From Eledone cirrhosa (Eukaryota), in the NCBI GenBank assembly GCA_964016885.1, contig OZ024741.1:339946001-340010000 (forward strand): a DNA stretch of 64,000 nt, in the 5' to 3' direction. Below the pieces are notes generated by a model. It did not search any database and had not been told where the DNA came from. It saw nothing but the letters and a program-made list of their open reading frames with translations. Shown one piece after another: positions 25,943 through 40,298 of the stretch (position 1 is the first letter of the stretch; each line of letters begins with the position of its first letter). A program made the translations under genes and the position numbers.

Positions 25943-26238
25943 AATTAATAAAAACAATGAAATAAAAACAAAGAACAAGTTCCTTATATTAAAAAATTCC
26001 TCATTTTACGATCGTTTCTGGGATGTATATATGTGTTGGTATGTATATCATATAGATCTATGTAAAAATATTACAAATTATCAGAGGAAATATACATACC
26101 TTCACATATATATGCCGTCCTCAGAAATATGATATACATACCAACACATATATACATCCCAGAAACGATCGTAAAATGATGAATTTTTTAATATAAGGAA
26201 CTTGTTCTTTGTTTTATTTCATTGATTTTATTAATTTA
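25943..26238. mobile_element. Fold-back cassette (family D); HHR with very long stem II at 26002-26128 (-)
   Basis: Minus: ATTT-CTGAGGA-[about 100-nt hairpin]-GAAA-CGATCG-TA-AAAT; arms about 25943-26052/26127-26238. Confidence 0.78.
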
Positions 26239-26290
26239 TATATATATATATTTATATTTATATATGTATGTACTTCTGAATATATATATA

Positions 26291-26428
<138 letters not shown>

Positions 26429-26513
26429 CTATAGAGAGAGAGATAATAATAATAATAACAATAATAATAATAGTAATAAACGAAAGATATATACTTTATA
26501 TCATCTCTATTTA

Positions 26514-26582
26514 TTTCATTATATATATTTCGAAGATGTAAATTTTTATGTATAACATAAAGCAAAACCTCCTCAGATAAAA
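26514..26582 (-). ncRNA. HHR motif (family C variant)
   Basis: Minus: TTTTAT-CTGAGGA-GG..TTTATG ttata CATAAA..TTC-GAAA-TATATA-TA-ATGAAA. Confidence 0.7.
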
Positions 26583-26651
26583 TACATAGAAGATGTATAA
26601 TTTTTTCATATGTTGGTAGACAAACGAGCTAGACAGATCGGTGACCACCAA

Positions 26652-26703
<52 letters not shown>

Positions 26704-26945
26704 TATTTAACAAAGATTTATGAATACATATATATTTCTTCTCTGCAGCATTTTAAATATGATTTTTTGCTCTGCTTATAATACGATTGTTAAACTATCT
26801 CTTTTCCCTCTAATCGCATGGCTCGCTAGTCTAGCAATCTATATGTATTGAGTACACTAACTTTCTCTCTACTGGCTTGTAATCTACATAACTAATCTCT
26901 TTTCTCTCCTCCTGATTAGCTTACTTGCTTTTTACTCTCTCTCTT

Positions 26946-27023
<78 letters not shown>

Positions 27024-27024
<1 letters not shown>

Positions 27025-27211
27025 AGTCAGGACCCCGACGGCTGAGCTGCGGCCGTTTCGACATCTAGCTGCGTTCGGATCTAGCTGTCGAAACGCAGGA
27101 GCTCAGTCGTCGGGGGTCCTGACTCTTTTCCTATTACCCACTTTACTACCCAAAATAACGAGTACTCTGATGCGTTATGGTCCACCTGGTTTCTTATCAC
27201 ACTTTATTTGT

Positions 27212-27213
<2 letters not shown>
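27024..27213. mobile_element. Family E fold-back cassette
   Basis: GAGTCAGGACCCCGACGGCTGAGCT...AGCTCAGTCGTCGGGGGTCCTGACTC plus tail. Confidence 0.8.
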
Positions 27214-27297
<84 letters not shown>

Positions 27298-27300
<3 letters not shown>

Positions 27301-27712
27301 TAAAGAAGAAATTAAAAGATGGTTAAAAGAGTTCCATATATTTTATTATGCGCATTTCGAATACAAAATCATCCTGGGACAAAAATTGTGTTCTCATCAG
27401 ATAAAATTGGGTAACATGATATGAGGCATAATAGCACTTGTTTACAGGAAAGTGCTAATCTACATATGCACTTTCCTGTAAACAAGTGCTATTATGCCTC
27501 ATATCATGTTACCTTATGTTATCTGATGAGAACACAATTTTTGTCCCAGGGTGATTTTGTATTCGAAATGCGCATAATAAAATATATGGAACTCTTTTAA
27601 CCATCTTTTAATTTCTTCTTTATTATATATACTCCAGTTCTACCAACTGTTGAGTGCTACTTATCTGATATATGCATAGTTTTATTGTTCTACAATATTA
27701 CTCACCTTCTAC
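27298..27712. mobile_element. Family B fold-back cassette; HHRs at 27341-27406 (-) and 27519-27580 (+)
   Basis: About 160-bp arms around about 27463; both arms have CTGATGA..C-GAAA-TGCGCA-TA-ATAA; tail matches the reverse complement of 3234-3320. Confidence 0.88.
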
Positions 27713-27723
27713 ACACACACACA

Positions 27724-27771
<48 letters not shown>

Positions 27772-28568
27772 TTTCTTCCCTTTTATAATTAATATTTGTG
27801 AAATATATAATTTCTTATGAAAACCTTTCTTTTTTGTCTCTATCTCCGTATTTGATATCAATATCAACTCTATGTAACTTTTGATGTTGTCTACCACTAC
27901 AGGTTCCAATCATACTGCTGCATCATGCTACTATACCATGCATGCATACTACTGCATGTGGCAACGCAGTCATTTCTATTTCATTTCCATTCACTTCTAT
28001 TCTGTCCTATAACCATTAATTTGAATCAAATTCAGACATGAAATTTATTACACTACTCTTATTTTCCTTCTCCATCTGCTCCCATCACTTACATCTCTCA
28101 CTATGTTTCTACCTCCCCCTCCCTCTCTCCCCTTCTCCCCCGCTTACTCTCACTCTGTTGCTCTCACCCTCCTTCTCTCCGTCATTCCCTCTATCTCACC
28201 CCCTCTCTTTCACTACCTCTCTCTTGCTCCACCCCTCTCTCTCTCTCTCTCTCTTTCTGACTCTATCTCTATCTCTCTCACTCATTCTTACTTTCTTCCT
28301 CACTCACACTCTTCCTCATTCTCTCTCTCTCCTCTCTGTCTCTCTCTCTCAGTCTTTCTTTCTCTCCCTCTCTATCTTTCTCACTCTCTCCTTCACTCTC
28401 TCTTTCTCTCCATCTTCCTCTCCTTTCCCACTCTCCCTCGCCCTCTCTCTCTTTCTCACTACATATATATATATATATATGTGTGTGTATGTATATATGG
28501 TTTGGGTGGAGTCAGAAAGTGGAATACACACACATACACACACACACACACACATATACATATACATA

Positions 28569-28625
<57 letters not shown>

Positions 28626-28674
28626 ATTTATATATATATATGGATATATGGTTTGGGTGGAGTCAGAAAGAGGA

Positions 28675-28743
<69 letters not shown>

Positions 28744-29205
28744 CATATATATATATATATCTGTCTGACTCCACCCCAACCTCCCTCTGCAACCAACACG
28801 TAGAAGCACCGTGAAGCTCCACCTACCCCGCTCTATACAATACATGCCAATACCTTTTTTGTCCTCTTGAGATTCTTTGTCACATGAAAGGAGACTGCAT
28901 CCGTAACGGAAGTAGGGAGGGGTGCATTGGTGTGTATATTTGTGTGTGTATATATATGTGTGTGTGTATATGTGTGTGTGAATATATGTGTGTGTATATA
29001 TGTATGTGTGTATGTGTGTATATGTGTGTGTATATATATATATGTGGGTATGTGTGTATATGTATATGTGTGTGTATATATATATGTGTGTGTGTGTGTG
29101 TATATGGGTGTATATGTGTGTATATGTGTGTGTATATGTGTGTGTATATATATATATGTGTATGCGTGTGCGTATATATGAGTCTATAGGTGTGTATATG
29201 TGTGT

Positions 29206-29272
<67 letters not shown>

Positions 29273-29584
29273 AATATGAGTGTATATGTGTGTGTATTTG
29301 TGTGTCTATATGTTTGTGTGCATGGTTGTCTTTGTGTTTGTTTACATGTGTGTGTCTATGGGCATATGTCACTGTTTGTGTGTGTCTGTGTGTGTGCGTG
29401 TATAGTATTGTTTGTGTGTATCTATGGGCATATGTCATTGTCTGTGTGTGTGTAGGTGTATGTGTGTGTGTGTGTGTATGTAACTGTAGATAATCGTTAC
29501 CAAATACAGCCAAACATTAACTTGAAAGTTAGTCGATATATAGAGAGTATGGGATTTATACACACTCACATGCGCGCGTGCGCA

Positions 29585-29745
29585 TTCTTTTATTCTTTTA
29601 CTCTTTACTTGTTTCAGTCTGAATACTGCGGCCATGCTATGACACCGCCTTAATTTAGTCGTTCATATTGACCCCAGAACTTCCTTTTCAAGTTTAGTTC
29701 TTATTTTATCAAACTCTGTTTTGTCACACCGATAAGATAAGAGAC
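29585..29745 (-). mobile_element. Second SINE family fragment
   Basis: TTTACTTGTTTCAGTC..ACTGCGGCCATGCT..CACCGCC..TTGACCCCAG; homologous to 23390-23443. Confidence 0.6.
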
Positions 29746-30068
29746 AAGAACATAGACACACACACTTGCACAAACATACACACACGCATACACACACACA
29801 CATACAAACACACACATAAATGTGTATATATATATGGTTATCATTTATTTTTTATCATTTATTTTGTTTTGACCTGTTTAGCTTGATTTGGTTTTTGGCT
29901 TGGGTGGTTAATGTCTTCTTGACCACCTTTTCAGATTTGTATGGCTTCTTAACACATTGTTTAGCTCTGGTTTTTAACTATTGAGCACTTTGCCAGTATC
30001 ATTTCTGATTTTTGCGTTTCGCTTCGCTTTTCCTGCCCGCCGAAATGCGACTCTCACTGAATCTTTAG

Positions 30069-30115
<47 letters not shown>

Positions 30116-30270
30116 GTAGTTTAGAAAGCCACAACAATGCAGATGGGAAATCTCGAGGTAGGAAGTGAGTGAGAAAGAGGAGAAAAGTGAAAATTGAGAG
30201 AAACGAAAATGAAAACAAAATAAAACATATTTTACACATTTCACAATGCCTCAAGCAAACTTTAACACCC

Positions 30271-30328
<58 letters not shown>

Positions 30329-30331
<3 letters not shown>

Positions 30332-30518
30332 AAAAGGTATGACCCCGACGGCAGAGCTCAAGCCGTTGAAACGGCTATTTCAGGACTGAAATAGCCCTCG
30401 AAACGGCTTGAGCTCTGCCGTCGGGGTCATACCTTTTCCTATCACCCACTCTACTACCCTAAGTATTGAGTACTCTGGTGCGTTATGGTCCACCTGGTTC
30501 CCTACCACAATTCCCTCG

Positions 30519-30520
<2 letters not shown>
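30329..30520. mobile_element. Family E fold-back cassette
   Basis: C-GAAA-CGGCTTGAGCTCTGCCG-TC-GGGG mirrored around 30385; (TA)n on both sides. Confidence 0.8.
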
Positions 30521-30562
<42 letters not shown>

Positions 30563-30723
30563 TTAAGGGTACTATTTATGGTTATGTATGCAATAAAACC
30601 TTTGATGGTAATATATTATATATACACAAACCCTAAATAGTGAGAGATAGACATTAATTACTATCCTATTACCAGTAAGATAAATAGCTCAATGTAATAA
30701 CATCAGTTGTTTTACAGAGCAGT

Positions 30724-30773
<50 letters not shown>

Positions 30774-30965
30774 CAAGATGTATGGTAGGTCGTATGTGAA
30801 TCGCGATGATTCACATATACACACATTGGTGTGTATATTTGTGTGTGTATATATGTGTATGTGTGAATATATGTGTGTATATATGTGTATGTGAATCGCG
30901 ATGATCGTTATAGGTAATCCAGTTTGAGGTTGTAATGATTTGATTAGGCATACATTGTATTTAAA

Positions 30966-31091
30966 ATAAAACCCTTTTTGTACAGTCGACCATGTTATTC
31001 TTCACTCTTTTACTCTCTCTCTATATATATATATATATATAATGAAAGAGTGAAGAATAACATGGTCGACTGTACAAAAAGGGTTTTATTT
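30966..31091. repeat. About 45-bp inverted repeat centred on a (TC)/(TA) microsatellite
   Basis: AATAAAACCCTTTTTGTACAGTCGACCATGTTATTCTTCACTCTTT and its reverse complement. Confidence 0.85.
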
Positions 31092-31414
31092 ACAGTATTA
31101 ACAATTGTTTCATTGATCAGGTGAGTCTAAAGGCCGCTAATCACTCGAAGTTGCGTCACTCGACCTTAAATACAGTGTGTCTCTCTGATCAAATCATCGG
31201 AATACTATATATATATATATATCCTCCGTCATCCTTTCCTTATTATTATTTTCTTTTTTATTATTATTTTCTTTCTTCCTCTTCCTTACCTTTTCCTTCC
31301 CTCTTCCTTCTTTTTTTCCCAATCTCATATATCCATCTTATTTTATTTTTCATATGTTGATTTAACACTTCACTGCTCGCAAGTGTTTTTTAAGTATCAT
31401 ATCATGTCTCCCTA

Positions 31415-31481
31415 TTTTATCTGATGAGAACGCAAATATCATCCCATGATGATATTTGTTTTTGAAATGCGCATAATAAAA
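31415..31481 (+). ncRNA. Type I HHR (family B), intact core
   Basis: TTTTAT-CTGATGA-GAACGCAAATATCATC ccat GATGATATTTGTTTTT-GAAA-TGCGCA-TA-ATAAAA. Confidence 0.88.
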
Positions 31482-31513
31482 TACATCGAACTCTTTTAAC
31501 CATCTTTTGATTT

Positions 31514-31590
<77 letters not shown>

Positions 31591-31593
<3 letters not shown>

Positions 31594-31793
31594 TTTAATA
31601 TAGAAATGGCTTCTACAAGACTAGAACTGTTTCATTCAAAGGAAATCATAAGAAAATCCCTGATGATTTCCTTCGAATGAAACAGTTCTAATCTTGTAGA
31701 AGCCATTTCTATATTAACTACTGTATATACTCTACTATGTATTGAGAGCCCTATTTACTGTGGCTACCCCCGATTGAACCCCGGATACGTAAG
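31591..31793. mobile_element. Family A fold-back HHR cassette
   Basis: CTGATGA-TTTCCTTCGAAT-GAAA-CAGTTCTAATCTTG-TA-GAAGC mirrored around about 31655; tail matches the reverse complement of 2666-2745. Confidence 0.8.
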
Positions 31794-31834
<41 letters not shown>

Positions 31835-31835
<1 letters not shown>

Positions 31836-31944
31836 AAACAACAAAGAAGGTGTGGTAAGATACCAGGGAGACCATAACGTACCAGAGTACTCGATACTTA
31901 GGGCTGAGCTCCGGCCGTTTCGACAGCTACATCCGAACTAAGCC

Positions 31945-31945
<1 letters not shown>
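31835..31945 (-). mobile_element. Family E fragment, internally deleted (another at 33962-34080)
   Basis: GACCATAACG.ACCAGAGTACTCGATACTTAGGG joined to CTGAGCTCCGGCCGTTTCGACAGCTA. Confidence 0.7.
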
Positions 31946-31978
<33 letters not shown>

Positions 31979-32127
31979 ATGTGTGTGTGTGTGTGTGTGT
32001 GGAAAAGGGGGGGGGGGGGGCGATAATGACGATGATCATAGCGATAAGGTCGACGTTGACGACGATGACGTTGAAGACGATGATGAAGTCTATGATGACA
32101 ACAAGGACGAAGACGAGGAAAATGATG

Positions 32128-32428
32128 ATAATTGTTTCTACTTTTGGCACAAGGCCAGCAATTATTCCAGTGTATTACTGGCTTCCGACCCTCTACCGAT
32201 ACTGCCAATCAACCGCCCTTATCATGATGATAATAAATGTTTCTACTTTTGGCACAAGGCCAGCAAATTACTCAGTACATTACTGGTACTTTATTTTATC
32301 GACCCCGTAAGGATGAAAGGCAAAGTTAACCTCGGCGGGATTTGAACTCAGAATGGCAAGGGCCGTAACTCTATGCGTCAAAGCATGGCGTCCGAACCTC
32401 TAGCGATACTGCCAATCCACCGCCCTTA
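32128..32428 (-). mobile_element. SINE full copy (32236-32428) plus a tandem internally deleted copy (32128-32220)
   Basis: Reverse complement of the SINE consensus; the first copy joins tail directly to head. Confidence 0.88.
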
Positions 32429-32840
32429 ATAATGATGATGATAATGACGACTAGACAATATGTTTGCAAGTTGACAGTGGCTAGGAAGTTTTGCCTATGG
32501 TCCGCTTTTTCCAATACATTTTATACTCTAATGTATGTATTGTGTTTATTCAGATAACACTTGACTGTCTTTGGCTGTAAAAACAAACAAGTAAAGTAAT
32601 ACATAAATAGACACACACACACTCACACACGTTCATACATATATAGTTGTGTGCGTGTTTGGAATGTGTATGTGCACATGTACACACCTATTTGTGTATA
32701 TTCATACATAAAAAGATATACGTGTACAGATATCTATATGTATGTAACTATGTATAAGTGTATATTTGAAGACGAAATCGATAAAAGAATTACTTCACAT
32801 GCACGCACACATACATGCATACGGGTATACACACCCACAC

Positions 32841-32879
<39 letters not shown>

Positions 32880-33151
32880 CACCCATATATATGTATATAT
32901 ATATATATATATACACCCATATATATGTATATATATATATGTATGTATATATATATATTATATATATATATGTATGTATGTGTGTGTTTGTGTGTTTGTG
33001 TGTATATATATGTGTGTGTGTGTATATATATATGTATATGTATATATGTATGTGTATATATATATATTTATATATATATGTATATATATATTTATCTGTA
33101 TATACGCCACTCACACACACACATATAAACATAAACAAGCACATATATAAC

Positions 33152-33222
<71 letters not shown>

Positions 33223-33536
33223 AAGATAGATCATCGCCGAGAATCTAAATGGTAAAGCTTAACATGACAATCTTTGAGAAAATGTATTCAATGAAGCCAT
33301 AAATATAATATGGAACCAGTTAGCTGGACTTAAAGTCCTATTGCTTTAAATGAAGTCGGTTAAACTCAGCAAGCAAACGAACCATTCATTCGGTCGAATG
33401 ATGATCGCTTGATGCCAAAGACCTGGAAATCTTTTTTCTTTATAGGATTAAGTTTATATAGTTGACAAATAACTGAGCAGAAGTTAATTCTGGAGGTTGA
33501 AGAATGAAGGAGTAGCAAAAGAATGAGGAGGAGAAT

Positions 33537-33720
33537 GTGGAGTTGAAAGTGGAGTTGAAGGTGGAGTTGAAGGTGGAGTTGAAGGTGGAGTTGAAGGTGG
33601 AGTTGAAGGTGGAGTTGAAGGTGGAGTTGAAGGTGGAGTTGAAGGTGGAGTTGAAAGTGGAGTTGAAAGTGGAGTTGAAGGTGGAGTTGAAGGTGGAGTT
33701 GAAGGTGGAGTTGAAGGTGG
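33537..33720 (+). repeat. 12-bp minisatellite (GTGGAGTTGAAG) about 15 copies
   Basis: Direct reading. Confidence 0.95.
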
Positions 33721-34256
33721 CGGGAAGGACGAAAAGCGGGAAATAAATACTGTTCACTATTACTTAACCAAGCAGGCAGTATATTATTTTCATTGTTACT
33801 ATTATTATTATATATATATGTGTGTGTGTGTCTGTGTATGTATGTATATATATGCGTGTTTGTGTGTATATATATATATGCATATATATATATATATATA
33901 TATATTTGTATATACATATGTCACTTCCCCACATTCCATATATATATATATATATATATATAATGAAGGAAGTGTGTTAAGGAACCAGGTGGACTATAAC
34001 GCACCAGAGTACTCGATACTTAGGGTAGTAGAGTGGGTAATAGGTCTAGATGTCGAAACGGCCGGAGCTCAGTCGTTAAATATATATATATATGAATATA
34101 TATATATATAAATAATAATAATAATAAGTTGTGTTTACATGCCAACACAAGAGCAAGAATGAGGGGCTCATTCTACTGACATGGCTCTAAAAATGAGGCT
34201 TGTTTGCCTACGAATCGAATATTATTATTAATATTCGAAAAACTCAGATTACATTT

Positions 34257-34379
<123 letters not shown>

Positions 34380-34904
34380 GTGTGTGTGTATATATATAAA
34401 CAGTTAACCAGGAAAACCAGACAGGGCAACAAAACAATATTACACAAAAATACCATGATGATATTGGTGATGTATATCATTATAGAACCCGAAAAGTGTC
34501 TTAACGGCTCGGACGTTAGTTCTTCATCGGAAGATAGGATGAAAAAGAGAAGAGATGTTACCAGAGAGAAGAAGAAATAGGATATAGACGATTCGTATGA
34601 TTGTGTGATGTGTATATTTGGAGGTGTGTCTTCATTTGTTTGTGTATGTATGTAGGCAGATATATTTGTGTGTTTTGTATGTGTGAGTGTGTTTACGTGG
34701 CTATGGGGTTTTTTCATTTTAGTCAGTGAGGGAAAGGAAGTACGGGTGTGGAAGGAAGGAAGGGGCGAAGGAAGGAATCCTCAAACCACAGATTTGACTA
34801 GAATTCTTGAAATCGAAATGAAATTTACAGCTCAAACCTATACTGGTTAAACAGGGGTCCAACAAGACTGCCCCTTATATGAGGTTACCCGGGTATGTTA
34901 ATAA

Positions 34905-35090
34905 TAATTGATTTCCTTTGGGTACAAGGCCAGCAATTACCCGCAGTGCATTATAGGTGCTTTATTTTATCGACCCCGTAAGGATGAAAGGCAAAGTTAA
35001 CCTCGGTGGGATTTGAACTCAGACCGTAAAGGGCCGTAACTCTATGCTGCAAAGCATGGCGTCCGACCTTCTACCGATACTGCCAATCTA
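34905..35090 (-). mobile_element. tRNA-derived SINE
   Basis: Reverse complement of the SINE consensus. Confidence 0.9.
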
Positions 35091-35621
35091 CTCAGATCCT
35101 ATCATTAAAACAATCGATAAACTGTATTGCTTAATAATACAACACACGGACCCACCCTGTCCAGGAATCAAACCTATGACCTTATGATTGGACTCTAGAA
35201 ACGCGCCTTCACCCGAATACATGCAACAAATTGAACTCCAAATGTATAACAAAATAATTCAAATATATTTAGTCACTGATTTATATTGTATTTTCCTCAC
35301 TTCATATTAATTTCTAATTACTTGTTAATGAGCCTGCCTCTCACACTCATTATAACACAAATTTCCCTGTTATATTTCAACTCAAATGTAACACAGCATC
35401 AGATGATATTTACCCAGTAACTATTTGTAGATTATACATATTTAACAGAGTAGTAGTTGTTTACTGATGTTCAGTTTAACCATTAATTATAATGTATACT
35501 CTTGTATACAACGTATGTCATTGTATATAATATCTACTGCTATATATAATGTTCAACATTGCATATGTTTATAATTGTATATTTTATTGTTGTTTATAGT
35601 GTCTACTAATATAAATATATT

Positions 35622-35773
35622 GCTGCGAATTGGCAGAGTCGTTAAGACGTCGGATCGAATGCTTTACGGTATTCGTCCCACCTCATTGCGCGCTCTGAGT
35701 TCAAATCCCACCGTGGTCAACTTTGCCTTTCATCCTTTCGAGGGCGATAAAAAAGTACCAGTCCAATACTGGC
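35622..35773 (+). mobile_element. tRNA-derived SINE (older subfamily)
   Basis: TTGGCAGAGTCGTTA..CTGAGTTCAAATCCC..AACTTTGCCTTTCATCCTTTCG..GTACCAG. Confidence 0.85.
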
Positions 35774-35926
35774 TTCGATTCTTCCTCTATCGAAAAAATC
35801 GGCTGCATTCAGAGTTTGAAAGGTTTGGGCTCCGCCATGTGTAAAAGTGCCCTAGACACGCCATACGACAGTGCCGCTACGACTCCACAAGGTGTTCTGG
35901 GATCTTTATCCTTTTTAATATAGATA

Positions 35927-36107
35927 TAATTGTTTCTACTATTGGCACAAGGCCAGCAATTACCCAGTACATTACTGGTACTTTATTTTATCGACCCCGT
36001 AAGGATGAAAGGCAAAGTTAACCTCGGCGGGATTTGAACTCAGAATGGCAAGGGCCGTAACTCTATGCGTCAAAGCATGGCGTCCGACTCCCTACCGATA
36101 CTGCCAA
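35927..36107 (-). mobile_element. tRNA-derived SINE
   Basis: Near-identical to 32236-32415. Confidence 0.9.
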
Positions 36108-39100
36108 ATGTTTACTGTTCTATATATCTTTACAGTTATATATAATGTTTACAGCTATATATAATGTTTACAGTTATATATAATGTTTACATTCGTATAT
36201 AATGTTTACAGTTATATATAATGTTTACAGCTATATATAATGTTTACAGTTATATATAATGTTTACATTCGTATATAATGTTTACAGTTGTATATAATGT
36301 TTACAGTTGTATATAATGTTTACAGTTGTATATAATGTTTACAGTTATATATAATGTTTACAGTTATATATAATGTTTACATTCGTATATAATGTTTACA
36401 GTTGTATATAATGTTTACAGTTGTATATAATGTTTACAGTTGTATATAATGTTTACAGTTATATATAATGTTTACATTCGTATATAATGTTTACAGTTGT
36501 ATATAATGTTTACAGTTATATATAATGTTTACATTCGTATATAATGTTTACAGTTGTATATAATGTTTACAGTTATATATAATGTTTACATTCGTATATA
36601 ATGTTTACAGTTGTATATAATGTTTACAGTTGTATATAATGTTTACAGTTATATATAATGTTTACAGTTATATATAATGCTTACATTCGTATATAATGTT
36701 TACAGTTGTATATAATGTTTACAGTTGTATATAATGTTTACAGTTGTATATAATGTTTACATTCGTATATAATGTTTACAGTTGTATATAATGTTTACAT
36801 TCGTATATAATGTTTACAGTTGTATATAATGTTTACAGTTATATATAATGTTTACAGTTATATATAATGTTTACATTCGTATATAATGTTTACAGTTGTA
36901 TATAATGTTTACAGTTGTATATAATGTTTACAGTTGCATATAATGTTTACAGTTATATATAATGTTTACAGTTATATATAATGTTTACATTCGTATATAA
37001 TGTTTACAGTTGTATATAATGTTTACAGTTATATATAATGTTTACATTCGTATATAATGTTTACAGTTGTATATAATGTTTACAGTTGTATATAATGTTT
37101 ACAGTTGTATATAATGTTTACAGTTATATATAATGTTTACATTCGTATATAATGTTTACAGTTGTATATAATGTTTACAGTTGCATATAATGTTTACAGT
37201 TATATATAATGTTTACAGTTATATATAATGTTTATATTCGTATATAATGTTTACAGTTGTATATAATGTTTACAGTTATATATAATGTTTACAATTATAT
37301 ATAATGTTTACATTCGTATATAATGTTTACAGTTGTATATAATGTTTACAGTTGTATATAATGTTTACAAATGCATATAATGTTCACTTCTCTATATATT
37401 TACTGCTGTAAATAATGTTTACAGTTGTATATAATGTTTACAGTTATATATAACGTTTACAGTTATATATAATGTTTACATTCGTATATAATGTTTACAG
37501 TTGTATATAATGTTTACAGTTGTATATAATGTTTACAGTTGCATATAATGTTTACAGTTATATATAATGTTTACAGTTATATATAATGTTTACATTCGTA
37601 TATAATGTTTACAGTTGTATATAATGTTTACAGTTATATATAATGTTTACATTCGTATATAATGTTTACAGTTGTATATAATGTTTACAGTTGTATATAA
37701 TGTTTACAGTTATATATAATGTTTACAGTTATATATAATGCTTACATTCGTATATAATGTTTACAGTTGTATATAATGTTTACAGTTGTATATAATGTTT
37801 ACAGTTGTATATAATGTTTACATTCGTATATAATGTTTACATTCGTATATAATGTTTACAGTTGTATATAATGTTTACAGTTGTATATAATGTTTACAGT
37901 TGTATATAATGTTTACAAATACATATAATGTTCACTTCTCTATATATATACTGCTGTAAATAATGTTTACAGTTGTATATAATGTTTACAGTTATATATA
38001 ACGTTTACAGTTATATATAATGTTTACATTCGTATATAATGTTTACAGTTGTATATAATGTTTACAGCTATATATAATGTTTACAGTTGTATATAATGTT
38101 TACAGTTATATATAATGTTTACAGATATATATAATGTTTACATTCGTATATAATGTTTACAGTTGTATATAATGTTTACAGCTATATATAATGTTTACAG
38201 TTGTATATAATGTTTACAGCTATATATAATGTTTACAGTTGTATATAATGTTTACAGCTATATATAATGTTTACAGTTATATATAATGTTTACATTCGTA
38301 TATAATGTTTACAGTTGTATGTAATGTTTACAGCTATATATAATGTTTACAGTTGTATATAATGTTTACAGTTGTATATAATGTTTACAGCTACATATAA
38401 TGTTTACATTCGTATATAATGTTTACAGTTGTATATAATGTTTACAGTTGTATATAATGTTTACAGCTATATATAATGTTTACAGTTATATATAATGTTT
38501 ACATTCGTATATAAGGTTTACAGTTGTATATAATGTTTACAGTTGTATATAATGTTTACAGTTGTATATAATGTTTAGATTCGTATATAATGTTTACAGT
38601 TGTATATAATGTTTACAGCTACATATAATGTTTACAGTTGTATATAATGTTTACAGTTGTATATAATGTTTACATTCGTATATAATGTTTACAGTTGTAT
38701 ATAATGTTTACAGCTATATATAATGTTTACAGTTATATATAATGTTTACATTCGTATATAATGTTTACAGTTGTATATAATGTTTACAGTTGTATATAAT
38801 GTTCACAGTTGTATATAATGTTTACATTCGTATATAATGTTTACAGTTGTATATAATGTTTACAGCTACATATAATGTTTACAGTTGTATATAATGTTTA
38901 CAGTTGTATATAATGTTTACATTCGTATATAATGTTTACAGTTGTATATAATGTTTACAGTTGTATATAATGTTTACAGTTGTATATAATGTTTACAGTT
39001 GTATATAATGTTTACAGTTGTATATAATGTTTACAGCTATATATAATGTTTACAGTTGTATATAATGTTTACAGCTATATATAATGTTTACAGTTGTATA

Positions 39101-39722
39101 TAATGTTTACAGTTGTATATAATGTTTACAGCTATATATAATGTTTACAGTTGTATATAATGTTTACAGTTGTATATAATGTTTACATTCGTATATAATG
39201 TTTACATTCGTATATAATGTTTACAGTTGTATATAATGTTTACAGTTGTATATAATGTTTACAGTTGTATATAATGTTTACAGTTATATATAATGTTTAC
39301 ATTCGTATATAATGTTTACAGTTTATATAATGTTTACAGTTGTATATAATGTTTACAGTTGTATATAATGTTTACATTCGTATATAATGTTTACAGTTGT
39401 ATATAATGTTTACAGTTGTATATAATGTTTACAGTTATATATAATGTTTACATTCGTATATAATGTTTACAGTTGTATATAATGTTTACAGCTACATATA
39501 ATGTTTACAATTGTATATAATGTTTACAGCTACATATAATGTTTACAGTTGTATATAATGTTTACAGTTGTATATAATGTTTACAGTTGTATATAATGTT
39601 TACAGCTACATATAATGTTTACAGTTATATATAATGTTTACAGTTGTATATAATGTTTACAGCTATATATAATGTTTACAGTTGTATATAATGTTTACAG
39701 TCCTATATAATGTTTACAGTCG
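36108..39722 (+). repeat. 19-bp satellite (TATATAATGTTTACAGTTG)n, about 190 units
   Basis: Direct reading; variants CAGTTA, CAGCTA, CATTCG; degenerate units also at about 35450-35600 and 40360-40635. Confidence 0.97.
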
Positions 39723-40116
39723 CATATATATATATATCAGTGGCGAAGGGTAACCTGGAAAGCAGGGCCTGCAGTCCAATCGCCATGGCGGAAAGTGTGG
39801 CTCTGCAACCTTACCCCCCCCCCCTCAATTGCCTCTAAATGACCCTCCCGGTCAAAGCCGCATGTAGTGTTACCTAGTGTGTGTGTAGGTGTGGGTGTGT
39901 TATCTTTTTATGTGTCTACGATTTAGTAAGCAGTCAAAATTCTGCTTACCCCAAAGCTGTTGTGTGTTTGTGTGTATGTATTTGTGTGTATGTGTGTGTG
40001 TGTTATCTTTTTTTGTGTCTATACGTTTTAGTAAGCAGCCAAAATTCTGCTTGCTTCAACCAACGCAATTGATCAACTCAAGATTCTATAACGCATGCAC
40101 GGACCCTTCGCCTCTG

Positions 40117-40150
<34 letters not shown>

Positions 40151-40298
40151 TTATATATTGTTATACTTTGGGAGGGTCATGTTGCCAATAAGAAACACAC
40201 GCACCAGTTGCTTTCACTTCAATTTATTATAATAAATTTGGGAATTTATAAATTTGGTTGGTTGGTTGGTTCCACAACCAGATGGTTGTTTATATATT

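Noticed and set aside
31971-32345. Acidic Asp/Glu-rich ORF
   Set aside because: (GAT/GAC)n low-complexity tract running into antisense SINE sequence
33366-33917. VELK/LQLH repeat protein
   Set aside because: 12-bp minisatellite open in several frames; no splice or codon evidence
35927-36130. SINEs seeding the adjacent satellites (also at 49953)
   Set aside because: Degenerate satellite units lie on both sides of the SINEs, so they inserted into pre-existing array margins
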